From the NCBI RefSeq assembly GCF_018350175.1, contig NC_058368.1, forward strand, positions 63,428,001 to 63,492,000: 64,000 nt of DNA. Direction: 5' to 3'. Below the pieces are notes generated by a model. The model was not told the DNA's origin and searched no databases. It worked only from the letters and a program-made list of their open reading frames with translations. Numbering within the stretch: the stretch's first letter is position 1; each line of letters begins with the position of its first letter. Origin of the DNA: Felis catus. Taxonomy: Eukaryota. The position numbers were made by a program, and so were the translations under genes. This document shows positions 25,436 through 38,699 of the stretch, piece by piece.

Positions 25436-27305
25436 TGGACACCAAGCCCATTTCAGGTATGGTGTAGGAAAAAGTAATAAATGACAAGGCAAGAAGGAAT
25501 GATAAGTCTAAGAGTATCTAGAAGAGAGGGGGACCACTCCCCCTAAATTAAATGAAATCAAATTTCCTTTAGACCTTTATGTGTTACTGTGTGACCACAA
25601 TTTCACTATTTTGAAAAATATCCAAACGTATATAGTTCAGTAGAAGTGGTCCACAGGTCTTGCAGCACAGAATTAAGTTAGCCATCAGATCAAGACACTG
25701 AATAGCACATTTCCCTATCTTTTACATTTTAGTTTACCATGGTAAAGAATAGCAATCTTCTCTTTGAAATCCAGAATTTACATAAGTGCATTTATTGCCA
25801 TGAATTCTAAAGCCAAGTTGTGGCATTTAGGAGTTCCTTCTTAGCATTGCCTTCTATACAATAAGATTATAGCCCAGGGGCATAGTAAGTAATGAATTCA
25901 AATGATTTCTTCTGATATATAGTTCCACCAATAAATATTTATCCCTGTTGGATGCTCCAACATGGCTTTTTAAGAACTAAACTCAATGAAATTACATAAC
26001 CGGTGACTGTGCTAGGAACCCTGTGGCTGTCTGATAAATATTAATAGAATCAAAATGCAAACATCGGGACCAAGAATGCCTAGAAGTAAGAAGTCCTTGC
26101 TGAATTAGGATAGTCTCCTTCAGTGCTACAATATAAGAAACACTGAAGTCTAAAGAAGCCCCATTTTTATTCAGTTCTATGGAGATATGTGAGAGAAGCA
26201 GTCTTGGGATATTTTAGTCTTTGAGACCATCTGTCTCTTTGAATGAGGTTTATTCAAATGAATGAATTTAAGCCAAAGCTATAAAAATTGGTCAGCAGCA
26301 ACTGATTATTTGGTCAACTAGTTTCTTTCTCCTCTCAGTTTCTAGAGCAATTTTTATGCTTAAATGACTAAATAGAGTCATGATATCATTGGGGCTTTCT
26401 CCCTCATTAGACTCGTGAGATTGCCTATATCATGGATGACGTCTTACTTATACTTGTCATCCCAGGATCTAACTTCAGAGTTAGTTGGCATTAATAACTA
26501 TTTCTTAGGAAAAGACAGGCTGCAAATAAGCAAAACTTTAATCAGCAAGTCTACCATGTACACAGTAGTCAATTATAGTTTCTAAATCTGATGATAAGAA
26601 AAATGAGTATATTCTCTACAGACATATCAGAAAAACAGACCCTACCTAAGCTCCTAAATGGTCCCATGATAATAAAGAGAAGACAGTTTAGGGGAATTTG
26701 GCATATTTTATAGACTTCGTGATGGCCTTTCCAGACTACACAGGTGCCGGTTTGCTTGGTTTGCTTGGTATTCTTTAACCAAAATTGCAACCAGATCTCC
26801 TACCCACAATCTGCTCTGGAGACAGAAAACTATCTGTTGTATAGATAAACTGGTTGAAATATCTTCTCCAACATCTACTCTGTTCCATCATGCTCCTTTA
26901 CCATAACAGGTCACTCATAATGAACAGTAGACAGAAGGTTTCAGTTAAGTGACCCTCTAGATCCTGTCTTTTTATGACCTCCTCTAATGGGGGAACCAGA
27001 AATCAAACCACTCATATCCCAGAGGTTTCTGACCACTTCAGATCTTTGCCCCTACCACCATAAGTTAAGTCCAATATTGTGCTTTGAAGATCCCAAATTG
27101 CCTAAAGTATATGTGTTAGTTGGGTTAAACGAGTGGTTTCTGATCAAGATGGCTATAAAACTCGATTGATAAGAGAAAAATGCAAGCTGGCTTAGAGAGT
27201 ATTCTGTAGCAATTAGTTGAAAAACAAGAAAATCAAGAAAAGTCTTCACACAGAACACATTTGCTCAGTACCTTTTTGTTTGTTCAGATTCCTTGTCAGA
27301 ACAAA

Positions 27306-27360
27306 ATGATGATGATGATGATGATGATGATGATTGATGATGATTGATGATGATAGTGAT
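27306..27360. repeat. Interrupted (GAT)n microsatellite at a MIR end
   Basis: Read directly from the sequence. Confidence 0.9.
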
Positions 27361-27590
27361 AAGCTTTGTTGAGGGCCTACTCTGTGCCAGTCCATATGAT
27401 AAATATTCTGTGTCTATAAAATTTAATTTTCACTTCAACCTCACTAGGTAGCTAATATTATTATCCCCATTTATGGCTGAGGAAAGCAAGGCAGAGAGAA
27501 TGGGTTAAATACCTTGTGGAAAGTTTATCCAGGCAGCAAATGGTGGAGGCAAAATGAAACTGAGGAAGCCCACATTCTTAACACCAGACA
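27350..27590 (-). mobile_element. MIR
   Basis: TTGAGGGCCTACTCTGTGCCAG...TATTATTATCCCCATTTATGGCTGAGGAAAGCAAGGCAGAGAGA antisense core. Confidence 0.75.
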
Positions 27591-30500
27591 GCTTCTCCCG
27601 GAGCTGTGTAAACCCTGCTCCTCTTCAGCATATTTCATTCCTATTCTGTGTGAATATTATGCATTCACGTGGCTTCATATTAATCAAATATATAACGTTT
27701 CAACTTTGTGAAAAGCAGAAAAAACGTCTACAAAACTGGAACTAGGAGATACTCCAATCTCTATCTCTTCCCTTTTTTATTCCCCCTGAAAAAGGCTGGG
27801 CAACCTAGTAGCTGAAAAATACTGATGTCACTTGAAAGAAATTGCATCTTGTGTCCTGCTCTCTTCTCCTCCAATTTTGGGCCTGAACCAGTTGGAAACT
27901 GGTATGAATGTGCGTAGTGATGGCCTCTGAATGATCATCGTGAAATGACTTTCCCCAGTAATGTTAGATTTATCTGATGATTTTAATACCCTTCATTCTA
28001 AAATGCTATTATCCCGAGTGCATGCAGGGGACAGTACACTTAGTCATAAGTGATGGATGAATTCATTATCCTCAGCCAATTTTAATGGGTCATCTAGAAA
28101 GGAAATCACCAGTCGGTTTTGGCTATTGAGCATTGCTACCTCACGTACCTTATTAAGCCAAATATAAAAATGGGTGGTTTTTCATTTTCCTGTCAGACAA
28201 CAAAGGTCACCGATCACAAGCTTGAGAGACACTGAGGTTTATTTCTCTTTGGCCTGAAAAAATGGATAAGCGCTGAAGTTTTTATCTTTTTCCATTGTGA
28301 ACTGAATATTTCAGAACTATGCACCCTGAAGAGGAAAGTGCTTCATTGGAACTTGGAACGAGGAGGTTTCTTTGCAGAGAAATAGAGGTTGACATTAATG
28401 TATTCTCCAGGTGACATTGTTAATCTAACGGCACTGTTGAGTTCTAGGACTTCAGCCCCATCATTAAGAGCTGGAAGTAAACACATCAGTGTGGAATATA
28501 AGTAGGTATGCCCATGAGTATTACAGGTTCTCTTCTACCCACAGCTACTAGAAACTGAAAATATTTAACACACACAAAAGAACTGCTTTTCATGTTTCAA
28601 CCTATCTTTTCTGTTCTTGGCTGGGAAATCCTGACTTCTTATCTTTTAAACTGTCATCTTTCATTTGACTCATCAACTTGAACTTTTCCTCTCAGAAACA
28701 TTTCTGAACATCAGACAATCAACAGCTATTGATTATAGTAATGGAAAAACAGGTATATATTTCAGGATCTGCATTTGCTGTGAGCTAAGCCTTTCCTGCT
28801 CTTAATCCCTGGTCATGTACAACTGACTTGGCGCTATTTTAATGCATTTGCATATTGAATAATTATTTTGCTCTGTCCTGGAAATGCCATGACTAACAAA
28901 TTCTGTGTTAGCAAATTGTTGAATTCTACAATGAGAATTTTTAAAGGTAAGAATTAAGGGGAGAAACATGTTTTAAATTTTCTAATGCCAATGTGTTATA
29001 CCAAAATAACCTAGAAAAAATATTGAAACTATACTGCAATTCCTGGGTAGAATTAAAATGGAAATAACGGCCTAAATACTCAGAAAATAATGGCAAAATT
29101 ATTTGATTATTATTAGGTTACTGTTTTACTTGATTAAAAGTGTTCATTTTATATTATGGCTATTAATTATATTCATCAGAAAAAATATTATTTCAAAAAT
29201 AAAACAATCTTGGTAAACCCTCAAATTAAATAGGTAAGGGCCGAGTTGAGCTGTAGAAGAGGGAAGATCAGGGAAGAAGTTTTAGCCCAGGTGTTCCCAT
29301 CTCCTTCCTTCTTCTGTGGAGGTTCTCATGAGCCTCTCTGGAACACCAGGACTGTACAAGTCTGTTTGAAATCCATGAACTAGCCCAATAATCTTAGGAG
29401 ATAGACATAATGCAGGGAGCTGTTTTCACTCAATGATTCCTTCTTAAAGATTGTCTGTTAGGGACACTTACCTGAAAATTAAATGTATACCTCACTAACA
29501 TTGTTCTGTATGTAACTGTCTCACCTGGAGCTTCTTAGAGGCTTACAGGTTCTAGCTTTTAAATCTAGCTTAAAAAATAATAAATCGTGAAATTTATTCT
29601 AAAATAATAAAGTAGTAAGCAAATAATCAGAATTTAAAAGTTATGATTATTTCAGAGCATACTTCTTCCTGCTGTTTGGTTATACAACCAAATAAAACTA
29701 CTAAATGCATAATGACAATAGTTTTCTATAAAAATTAACTGGACTAGTGAATTTCATTAGGTTTGGATTTTTTCTCCGATAATCAGAACCATAACTATAC
29801 AAATATTAGCCTGTACTTTAATTTAAACTTAATTATTTAAGAATTCCTTGAGACCCTGTGTGCTATTTTCTGCCAGTTTATAGGTGTGGGAATAATATTC
29901 AAGGTGTTTCCCTGTGGTCACTTTAAAACTAAATCAGGCAAACTCTTACCAAGTAAGGAGTGGACATGGTTGCATTCTTTTCTCAGACAGAATTAACAAA
30001 GTTAATGGAGACAGGGTGGCTTGCTTTTTGTTCAGGAGAAAAACATGCTACTTACCAAAACAAGGCAGCCTAAGTAAAGAGTGAAATTAATAGTCCTAAA
30101 ATACTTTGGAATTTATAAAAAGCTACAGAAATTATTAACTAGAACAAGAATTTTTCCATGTCTGTCTCCATTTCTTTCATGAATTGAAAATATCATCTAC
30201 AATCATTTTCTCAGGAATACTCACTAATATGAAAACTCAAAGGCACATTTTGCCTTTCAAACTTATAGTTATCTAAAAGTATTGAAATATACCTCAGACC
30301 TTATTTCTAAAGTGGATAGAATACTGCCCATAATTTAAAAAGCATTGCCATATTATAACTTACTAAAATAAATTCTAACAGAAGTTACCAAGGATTTTAA
30401 ACAGATGTAAGTTAGTTCTACCATATCCTATGTTTATGAATATGGCCAAAAAAATGCTTAGAGAAGATTTGAAGCAGTAGCAGATAACACAAGTCCATCT

Positions 30501-31489
30501 GCTTATGTCATCTGCTACTCTTTTTGTGACATGGTAAAGATTATAAAAGGAAAATCAAATTCACATAGCATTTATCTAAGAGGCTTCTATAACTGAATCC
30601 CTAATAAGGAGTTTTTTAATTTTTCTTTTTTTTTTTTGTTTTAACTCTAGCAACTAATTAAAATAGTAAACTGATATTTTTAATATGTTCTTTGCTCAAA
30701 ACAATATTTTTGTTATTCAGTAACCCAATTTGATATGTTCAAATTAGTGTGTGTGTGTTTTTTTAACTAATTTTTCAGCCTATCACTCTGTGGAAACACA
30801 TAAGAACACATTTGTTTGAATTAGCCTTCTATGTTTGGTTATTTTTAAGTTGTATGTTAGTGTTCAGCAGTATACACATGATCTAACAATAGAAAGTCAG
30901 AGTTCTCACCATGCTAATTTAAATTCTTACTGCCTTGTTCATCCATTGCAACACCTTCCTAACTGCTATCCCAGACTACAGGCCTCAAACTCTAATCTCT
31001 CCAGTACAAGCCCACTCCACCCAAAACCTCATTGTAACGGGTATATTTTGACCACTAGGAGGAGCACAACATTCTTTCCCATTCCCCTCAAATCCTCTCT
31101 CAAGGAAACCTGAGTCAACTCAGACTCCTTGGGCAACAACAATAGCAGGAGATGGAATCTGAGACATAATCAGGCTGGAAGAGATCAGCAGTTTGGAGAC
31201 ATCATGGAGCCATGCTATCTTTGATGAGCTTTATCAGAGTGCTTCTTACCCATATAGATAATGCATTGAGTGAGTCTGGAGCACCTTCCTGATGGGAAGG
31301 AGCCTCCCATCTATTGGGAGCCATGGGGCAACTTCAGTGAAAGAGGAATGAAATAAATACTTTACCCAAATCAGCTTCAGGCTTTAGGTTGTGCTTTTCT
31401 TTGGGATGTCCTTCTTCCTTTCTTCTTCCTCCCTCCTCCCACTCTGCCCCTTCTTCTCTTCCTCTTCATCTTCCTCCTTCTTCTTCTGT

Positions 31490-33400
31490 CCATTATTCAT
31501 TCATCCATTCACTCATTCATTCGTTTAACAAATATCCATTAGTGAATGCCAGTGCTTTGGCAAGCAGTGTATTAGGTACAAAAATAAAGTGGTTCACAAG
31601 ATATCTGTGGTCACTTCCCTCACGGAGCTTTTGGTGGATCAAGGAATGTAGACATTAAACAAATAATTTAAACTAGGATTGTATAAGGAAGGAGGGAGAT
31701 CAGAATGTGATGGAAGCAATAACAGAGGCCCTAACTATAGTCCATAGAAAGAAAAGGTCACTTTGAAGAACTAACATTTAAGCTGAAATTTGAAGGGAAA
31801 AAAAAAAACAACACAAATTAACCGGATGATTTGGTATGAGTGAGAGCATGGAGGAGAAGGAATGTTGCAGAGAGAGGAAAATGCTGAAAATTCCAAAAGA
31901 GCAAGAAGAAAAGGATGAGAGAGAGAAAGAAAAGTTTGATGGATGTTGAGAACTGAAAGAAATTCAACAAATCAAGCATAATAAGTGAGGGAAAGCCAGT
32001 AAGGAGAGAGAAGTGTCAAGTACAGAGTAGAAAATAACTAACAGTGCAATATCCTGTTAAGAAACAAGGAGTAGTCTCCAAAACAACAATAGATGGCATG
32101 GGCTTATCTAGAAGAGGAACACCTCTGCCAGTGTGACAGGAGGGAAGGAAGAAAGGAAGGTCTGTGGCTTTGGTGGTCGAAAGTTGAGGGAGCGCCTCTC
32201 TGATGACTTATTATTTTCTATGAAGCAGGGGGTGAGCTCATTTGCTGGGAGTGAGGGGGTGGAGATTTGAAATTTGATTAAGAAATATATTAAGATTGCC
32301 AGGCAGTGTTGAGGGCCCAGGTGAGGTGATGACTGTAAGTTTATAATGGTATCAATCTTCTCAGTTATGTAATTTTCTCCAGCAAGTCTTATCAAGCAGA
32401 ATAATGGCAGAAAGAAGGTAAAAGTTGATTCATTCAGGAGTGATGACTGTCAGGATAGTATGATGAAAAAAGGCCAGAGACTTATTGAAATGATAGTCAA
32501 CACAATTTACCATCAAAACCAAGGAGAGGAAACGAGAAGAGTCTCATGGATGGGAAGTATGCAAAACAATCAATTGACTGAAGAACTCAGGTAATTGAAT
32601 AAGCAAACAACTCTTATTCCCTGGAAGCTTACACTCTGCCAGAGGAGCCGTAAAGCAAACAAACAAACAGACAGCCATGATAATAAATGTAAATGGTATA
32701 AAATGATACAGAGTGACAGGGTGGCTATTTTATTTTGGATAATCAGCGTGTCTGAGGAGACACTATTTAAATTGAAATCTGGACAAGAAACATCCAGTGT
32801 TGATACATGAAGGGAAAGAGCAATCCAGAAAGATGACAGCAAGTGCAGATGAACTTAGGTGGGAATGAGCTTGGAATGGTAAGAAGGCCCACAACACTAT
32901 GATGAGTGAAATCCAAGTGATACAAGCCACACTGTGTACAGCTTAACAGAAAAAGATAAGGACATTGCTCTTAATTTTCATTCAGAAGATTAAAGGACAG
33001 GAGTGACTTGCCTTATGCTTTAAAGGTTGATTATTGTTGCTCTGTACAGACTATGAACAGAGTCGAGGAGATGAGGTTGTTGTCATGTCCACTGACCCAG
33101 AGAGAATACTACCATTCCAGGAGGTGGAATAGACTAAAGGCTAATAATGAAAAAGTTAGAATTAGAATATGTTTTGATGGCTTGGATGTGGGAAACAAGA
33201 AAAAGAGAATACAAGCATGGGATTGAAGTAACAGGGTGAAGTGGGGTTATTTTCTGAGGATGGAAGACAAAGAAAGGACAGGTTTAAGGACAGAAATAAA
33301 TTCAGTTTTGGCAATATACTAAAACCTGGGTTTGTGAGCATAATCCATTCAGGAAACATGCTTGTAATCTAAAGCATTTGTATATCAAAAAGAATTTCCC
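31490..33400 (-). mobile_element. Composite of L2 fragments
   Basis: (CATT)n tail, CATTCGTTTAACAAATAT..., TTCCCTCACGGAGCTTT; second 3' end near 32590 (CCCTGGAAGCTTACACTCT); purine-rich body. Confidence 0.65.
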
Positions 33401-33506
33401 CATAAGAAATAATGGAAGCTTAGATGATTCATCCCACGACCCAAAAATATTCATATAAAAATGATTACAATACGGTAATATAATACAAAATAATAAAGAA
33501 AATACA

Positions 33507-33614
33507 GGAGCACCTGGCTGGCTTAGTTGGTTGAGCATCTGACTTTGGCTCAGGTCACGAACTCATAGTTTGTGAGTTCAAGCCCTGCGTCAGGCTCTGG
33601 TGCCTGCTGCAGAT

Positions 33615-33664
<50 letters not shown>

Positions 33665-33680
33665 CCTCCCCTGCTTGCTC

Positions 33681-33718
<38 letters not shown>

Positions 33719-33763
33719 ACGCATGCTCTCTCTCTCTCATAAATAAATAAACATTTTTTTAAA
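33507..33763 (+). mobile_element. Can-SINE carrying (TC)21 and (TG)17 microsatellites
   Basis: Head, GTGAGTTCAAGCCC, repeats at 33619-33660 and 33684-33717, tail; flanking ATAAAGAAAA repeat. Confidence 0.95.
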
Positions 33764-34169
33764 TATAAAGAAAAATAATCTGCACCTGCCTTTGAAAAAT
33801 TTCATGGCTGGTGTGAGGGAGACAAGAGAGAGGAGGGTTATTGTGTGGTATGGCTTTCACTATCACTAACAGAAGTACTGCTGTCTATTGGCTCAATGGA
33901 ATCTTTCTTTTCGTGCAACTTTAAAAAGGAACCTATCCAACGACACTTGGTTTTGCCTCCTTTTGAGAATTTTGCAGAAATGTGACATTGTGTTGATAAT
34001 CACACACAATCCCACAGAGAGAGAGAAAGAGAGAGAGAGAAGAACCATTGGCTTAGTTGCGATCATGTGACATTTGGCATCACGTACTACTTGTATTGTA
34101 AGACATCACTCTTGTATTAAGCTAAAATTTATTAGACATGTTTACTCATTTTGAGGAACACTCGCAGAA

Positions 34170-34680
34170 CACATTACTCGTAATCCAAGATTTTACGCTG
34201 TTAAGTTTGAGTTGTTTGTTAGGTCTCTCAATGGCTGTCAGTTTGCAGTAAGACAAACAAGTTTCAATTCTTGTCAGGGCCGCAGATACAAATTTGGAAA
34301 TAATGGGCATAGATATGTTAGAGGAGGCAGTAAGGAATAGCAAGAGGGGTGGGTTAACTGAAGTGAAGTTGGATTCTTTGGTCATGGAAAATTCCGTGAG
34401 CATGTTCTGTCCATTTACATAGGCTATTGAGGTAGGCAGGCTCAGGAAAACCAGGCTTTTGTTAAGACCAAAAACCTATGGAGACTCAAGAAGGACAATA
34501 TTGGTGGAGAGTTTGGTGAGTGAGCTGGGGAGAAAATGCAGTTTTCTGGGAACCTGACTGTAGAAATATGGAGAAGCTTCCATTTTAACCACAAGGAAGG
34601 AAATCTGGAACATGAAGAATGGTGGTTGGAGTTCTGACACTTCCCTGAATCCCTGGAAAATTTAGCTGTGGCTTGGAGAG
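34170..34680 (-). mobile_element. L2 fragment
   Basis: GTTAAGTTTGAGTTG..., GCAGATACAAATTTGGAAATAATGGGCATAGATATG. Confidence 0.5.
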
Positions 34681-34716
34681 TTGTGATAAGCATATCCTTT
34701 TCCTTCTGCCCTGTGG

Positions 34717-34935
34717 CAGGGTCAGCAAACTACACTTGCTGGCTAAATCCTACCCATCACTTATTTTCATAAATAATGTTTTATTGTCACACAGTCACGC
34801 CCCTTTGTTTAAATAATGCCAATGGTTGCTTTCACATCCAACTACCAAAGCCAAAATGAATAGTTGTGACAAAGTACTCAAAAATATATATTATTATATA
34901 TTATATATTAACAGAAAAAGTTTACTGATTCCCAC
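34717..34935. mobile_element. MER58A-like hAT MITE
   Basis: CAGGGTCAGCAAACTAC...TAAATAATGTTTTATTGTCACACAGTCACGCCC...ACAGAAAAAGTTTACTGATTCC. Confidence 0.8.
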
Positions 34936-36461
34936 TCTATTATTACTAGAGCTGTACAGTAGGAACAATGACCAAGGAAATCACCTGTATAACCCTTATC
35001 ACCTGGGACACAGACAGTGGTTCCTATGGACTTTCAATAAATGCTTTTGGACCTTCAAAGAAAGATTATGCAAGTAATTACATAACCTAACAAAAGCTCA
35101 TGTAACATGATGATATATTGTAGAGAACTTTCCATTACACATGTCCTCAAATAAGCCCTGATCTTCCTCATCCCCTGTGGAGGAAAACAGGATTTGGGTT
35201 AATCTTTCTCATCCCCTGTGGAGGACTTGGGTTATTCCTCGAAGCAAGACTGTGTAACCATTAGTGTCAATGCTAATTGCACAGAAGCTCAGTTGCCACT
35301 GTTGATAATTTAATCCTCTTGGTGCTTGCTAGAAAATGGTACCCTTTGTATGTCTTGATCAGACAAGAAGAATCTCACCGAAAAGTCCCCTGGGATCCAA
35401 CTCACTTCAGCTGTTTTAATTTATAAACACAGAGCTATTGCCCAAAAGCAAAAACATGCTGCCCATGTGGCTGGGCTGGTATGAGTTTTCAACACCAGTG
35501 CAGCAAAGGAAGTTAGGTGTAAATGTAGATGAGGTCACACATTCAAAAGGTTCCAAACACTAGTCAGGACTGTAGATGAACAGCATGGACCCAATATGAG
35601 GCTGGAGGGTGGAGACGGGATTGTGGCACACTGAAGAACCCTGGCCTATCTACCTGAAGTCATTGCTACCCAACCTCCAGCTTTGTAGTCATACAGGAAT
35701 AATAATCTAGCCAAATAAACTGAGTATTCAAAAACAGTCATACATTTGGATTTTGGCATTACATTTCTGGTTTCTTTTCATCGCCATCACTGCCAAACAT
35801 GCCTCAACTCTGGCCCAAACACTGCTAGTCATAACCCAGTTTCTAGAAGAAAGAAAAGAAGCCAATTAGCTTGTTGTTGGTACAGAACTAAGACCTAAGT
35901 CTCAAAAGCAGTCTTTGTTGCATGTGTGTGTGGAATACTTTAGCTCACTAGGAAACTACCAAGGTGTTAGAATCTTAAATCTCAGTCCAGTCCCAGTTCT
36001 CTTCAAAGCTTTCCTCTTGGGCTGGCACTGCTGAACTCCACCAGATATTAGTCATGCCTTTTCACTAAGAGCCTGAAAGAGAAAGCACAAGCTAGGGCTC
36101 AGCATTTCCAAATCTGTGAATCCCCTCTGCTGTCACATTTTCAGGGGAAGGACTTTAGATGAAAAAGACAAGCCAAATTCTTCAGCATAATATTCAAGGT
36201 CTTCTATGTTTTGGTTTTAGCAAACCTTTCAAACTTATCTTCAATTCTTCTATACTCCACTCAGCTGGAATGCCTGCTGTACTCAAACTTATACATCCTA
36301 ATTTCTGTAATAGCCTCCCTTTACCTATCTGAGTCAAGTACTTTATGTCTTTTGTGTGTGTGTGTGACCTCTTCAACTGTATCGTTTGTTGCCTCTTATT
36401 TTGTATTTCCTGGTTATGTTGTTTTTAATTTTCCCTGGGTATATTTGATTTCATCATCAGT

Positions 36462-36865
36462 GTGTTAGGCTAGTCCTCCAAGGGTAAGATGTCAAGATGA
36501 GATTAAATATGCATAGATTTTTATTGGGGGAAATGCCTGTGAAAGAAAATAGGGAGCAAGCTGGAGAAGACAAGTCTGAAGCAGAACAGGAAGAAGGGTT
36601 GGGTGGGAGTGTTCTAGATTACCATGCTGTCAGAGGAAGGTCCTGTGACTCTCAGAGGAGAATGGGCCATAAGAGTCCCATGTCTCTCAGGATAGGGCTA
36701 CCTCTGTGTCTCAGCCATACGCAGCCATTGGCTAGGAACAGCCTCTAGGAAGCATGGACTCAGTGCAGATATGGTGGTGATGAACTTCAGAGCCCAGCGG
36801 CAGGGGTCCTTGGTCAGTTATGCTCCCTGTATTTGGAAGATTGAGATGCACATTTTCATGGCTTC
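36462..36865 (-). mobile_element. ERVL solo LTR (LTR16A-like)
   Basis: TTTATTGGGGGAAATGCCTGTGAAAG (antisense poly(A) signal region); CAGCCATTGGCTAGGAACAGCC...GGAAGCATGGACTCAG. Confidence 0.75.
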
Positions 36866-38699
36866 CTCTTTAAGGAAGAAATCATTTTTAATATACTTTT
36901 TTCTCCTACAGCAGTTAACAAAGTGCCCTGTTCACTGAAAACATACATACATTGCCATAAATACACACACATACACATGCATACATGCATGCATACATAC
37001 ATGCATACATCACTAGATAATAATAAGCATTTAGGTTTAGGTTCAACTTAATTGTGTGCTCATTTCTTAAAATGGGGGAATACTATCAGTATGGCTATTT
37101 TCCTTCTATTAATAAAGCTACTTCACTAATCTAATATTATTTCACTTTGTTTCTCTAAATTTCTCCATATTTCTTTATTTGTGTTGGAGAAATCCATAAA
37201 CAAAACAATCAGTAACAAGCACTACTTCTCTACTGGCCAGAAAGCTGCCTCAGTGACTTAAAGGAATTATTCCATATCTCTAACACCCAACATACCATTA
37301 CATACCCCTAAGGAGCAATGGAACCCAAGAGGAGACTAGCACTAGCACTTATTTGAAGTATTTCAGTAAAACACTCATACATAATATTTTAAGTGCTCCT
37401 GCTTTTTAATTTTTTGTGTGTTCCTTATTTTGTACTTAATCTCCATGTAGAAGTCACGGCAATATCACTTAGATTCTTACTGCATACTTCCCACACTTTC
37501 ATTAAACTAATTATCTTGAAATATAATTAGCTAATTACTGAGAAAGGTAGATAATGATAGTGAATGGAATGTAAGATAAGCGTTAATGAACAACAACAGG
37601 ATCCAAATATTCCAGTCAGGGAGAAGACATTCAGAGTTGGCAGAAAGACAAGGAATATTCAATAACCTTTTGATCAGTTGCACTTGAATCAGAACTAACA
37701 ATGCTACACTGTGCTATTGCAACTGGGTAGGAATCCAAGTCCTCAATTTTTAAATCCTAACAAAGCTCCTTTACATTTCAGTGATACTGAATGATGTACT
37801 GAAGTACCCTAGTGCAGACCAATTGCAATTTGTCAACCGGACTTTTCAATCTTTCTCTTTTTTGCCTTTTTAGAAAGCATTATGTGGAGAAGATTTGTTT
37901 TCATTTGTAGCTATTGTCAAGAAGCAGAATTTATTATAATTAAGTTACAACATGTCTTGGAAGGGCCAATATTCTAAACTTTAAAATGCTCACAATAAGG
38001 TAAGGGCGTATTTGTTTGAAATGAAAAAAAAAAAGGTTGAAAATAGATTTTTAATTAACTGGCTCTGGATCAGAGCACTTTTCAAATGAAAATACAATAA
38101 GGCACCTAATCAGATAAGTTATTTACCCAGAATAATTGGATCCATGCTATAGCAAAGTCCTTTAAAATGTGGCTTGGCTGCAGTGTTTTTCAGTTATTTC
38201 AGTGTGTTCAACTGGCTACAGCAGGGAAATGATGTAACATGTATCATAATAAAATCCCTGTATGAACCAACAGCCTCGTAGGAGAAAAACCCTGCCAAGA
38301 TCAAAACCAACCAAGAGACCTCATCTCCTCTAATCATTGGATTGGTAGTAGGAGAAATATGACACCCAAATTTGCTGCACAATGTATTTATCATATTACC
38401 TCAGAGTAGTTTACTTGCCAGTCAGAATGCAAGCTCATTTTAGGACAGTTATACATCACCTTTCATCCCCCCATCTAATACCTAATAAACCCTCGATAAG
38501 CGTTAGTCAATTTAAAATGTAAACAGTGCGGAAGAACACCAAGACTAATGTAATTCAATACACTATTTGCACTGAACACGGAGCTGGCTACAGATGGAAG
38601 AGAAACCAGAAGTATTTTCTGGGAATGTATAATCTCCTTGGAAAGATAAAACAGCCACCCATGAAACACCTACATCCAAATAAAGTGGTTTGTAAGGTG

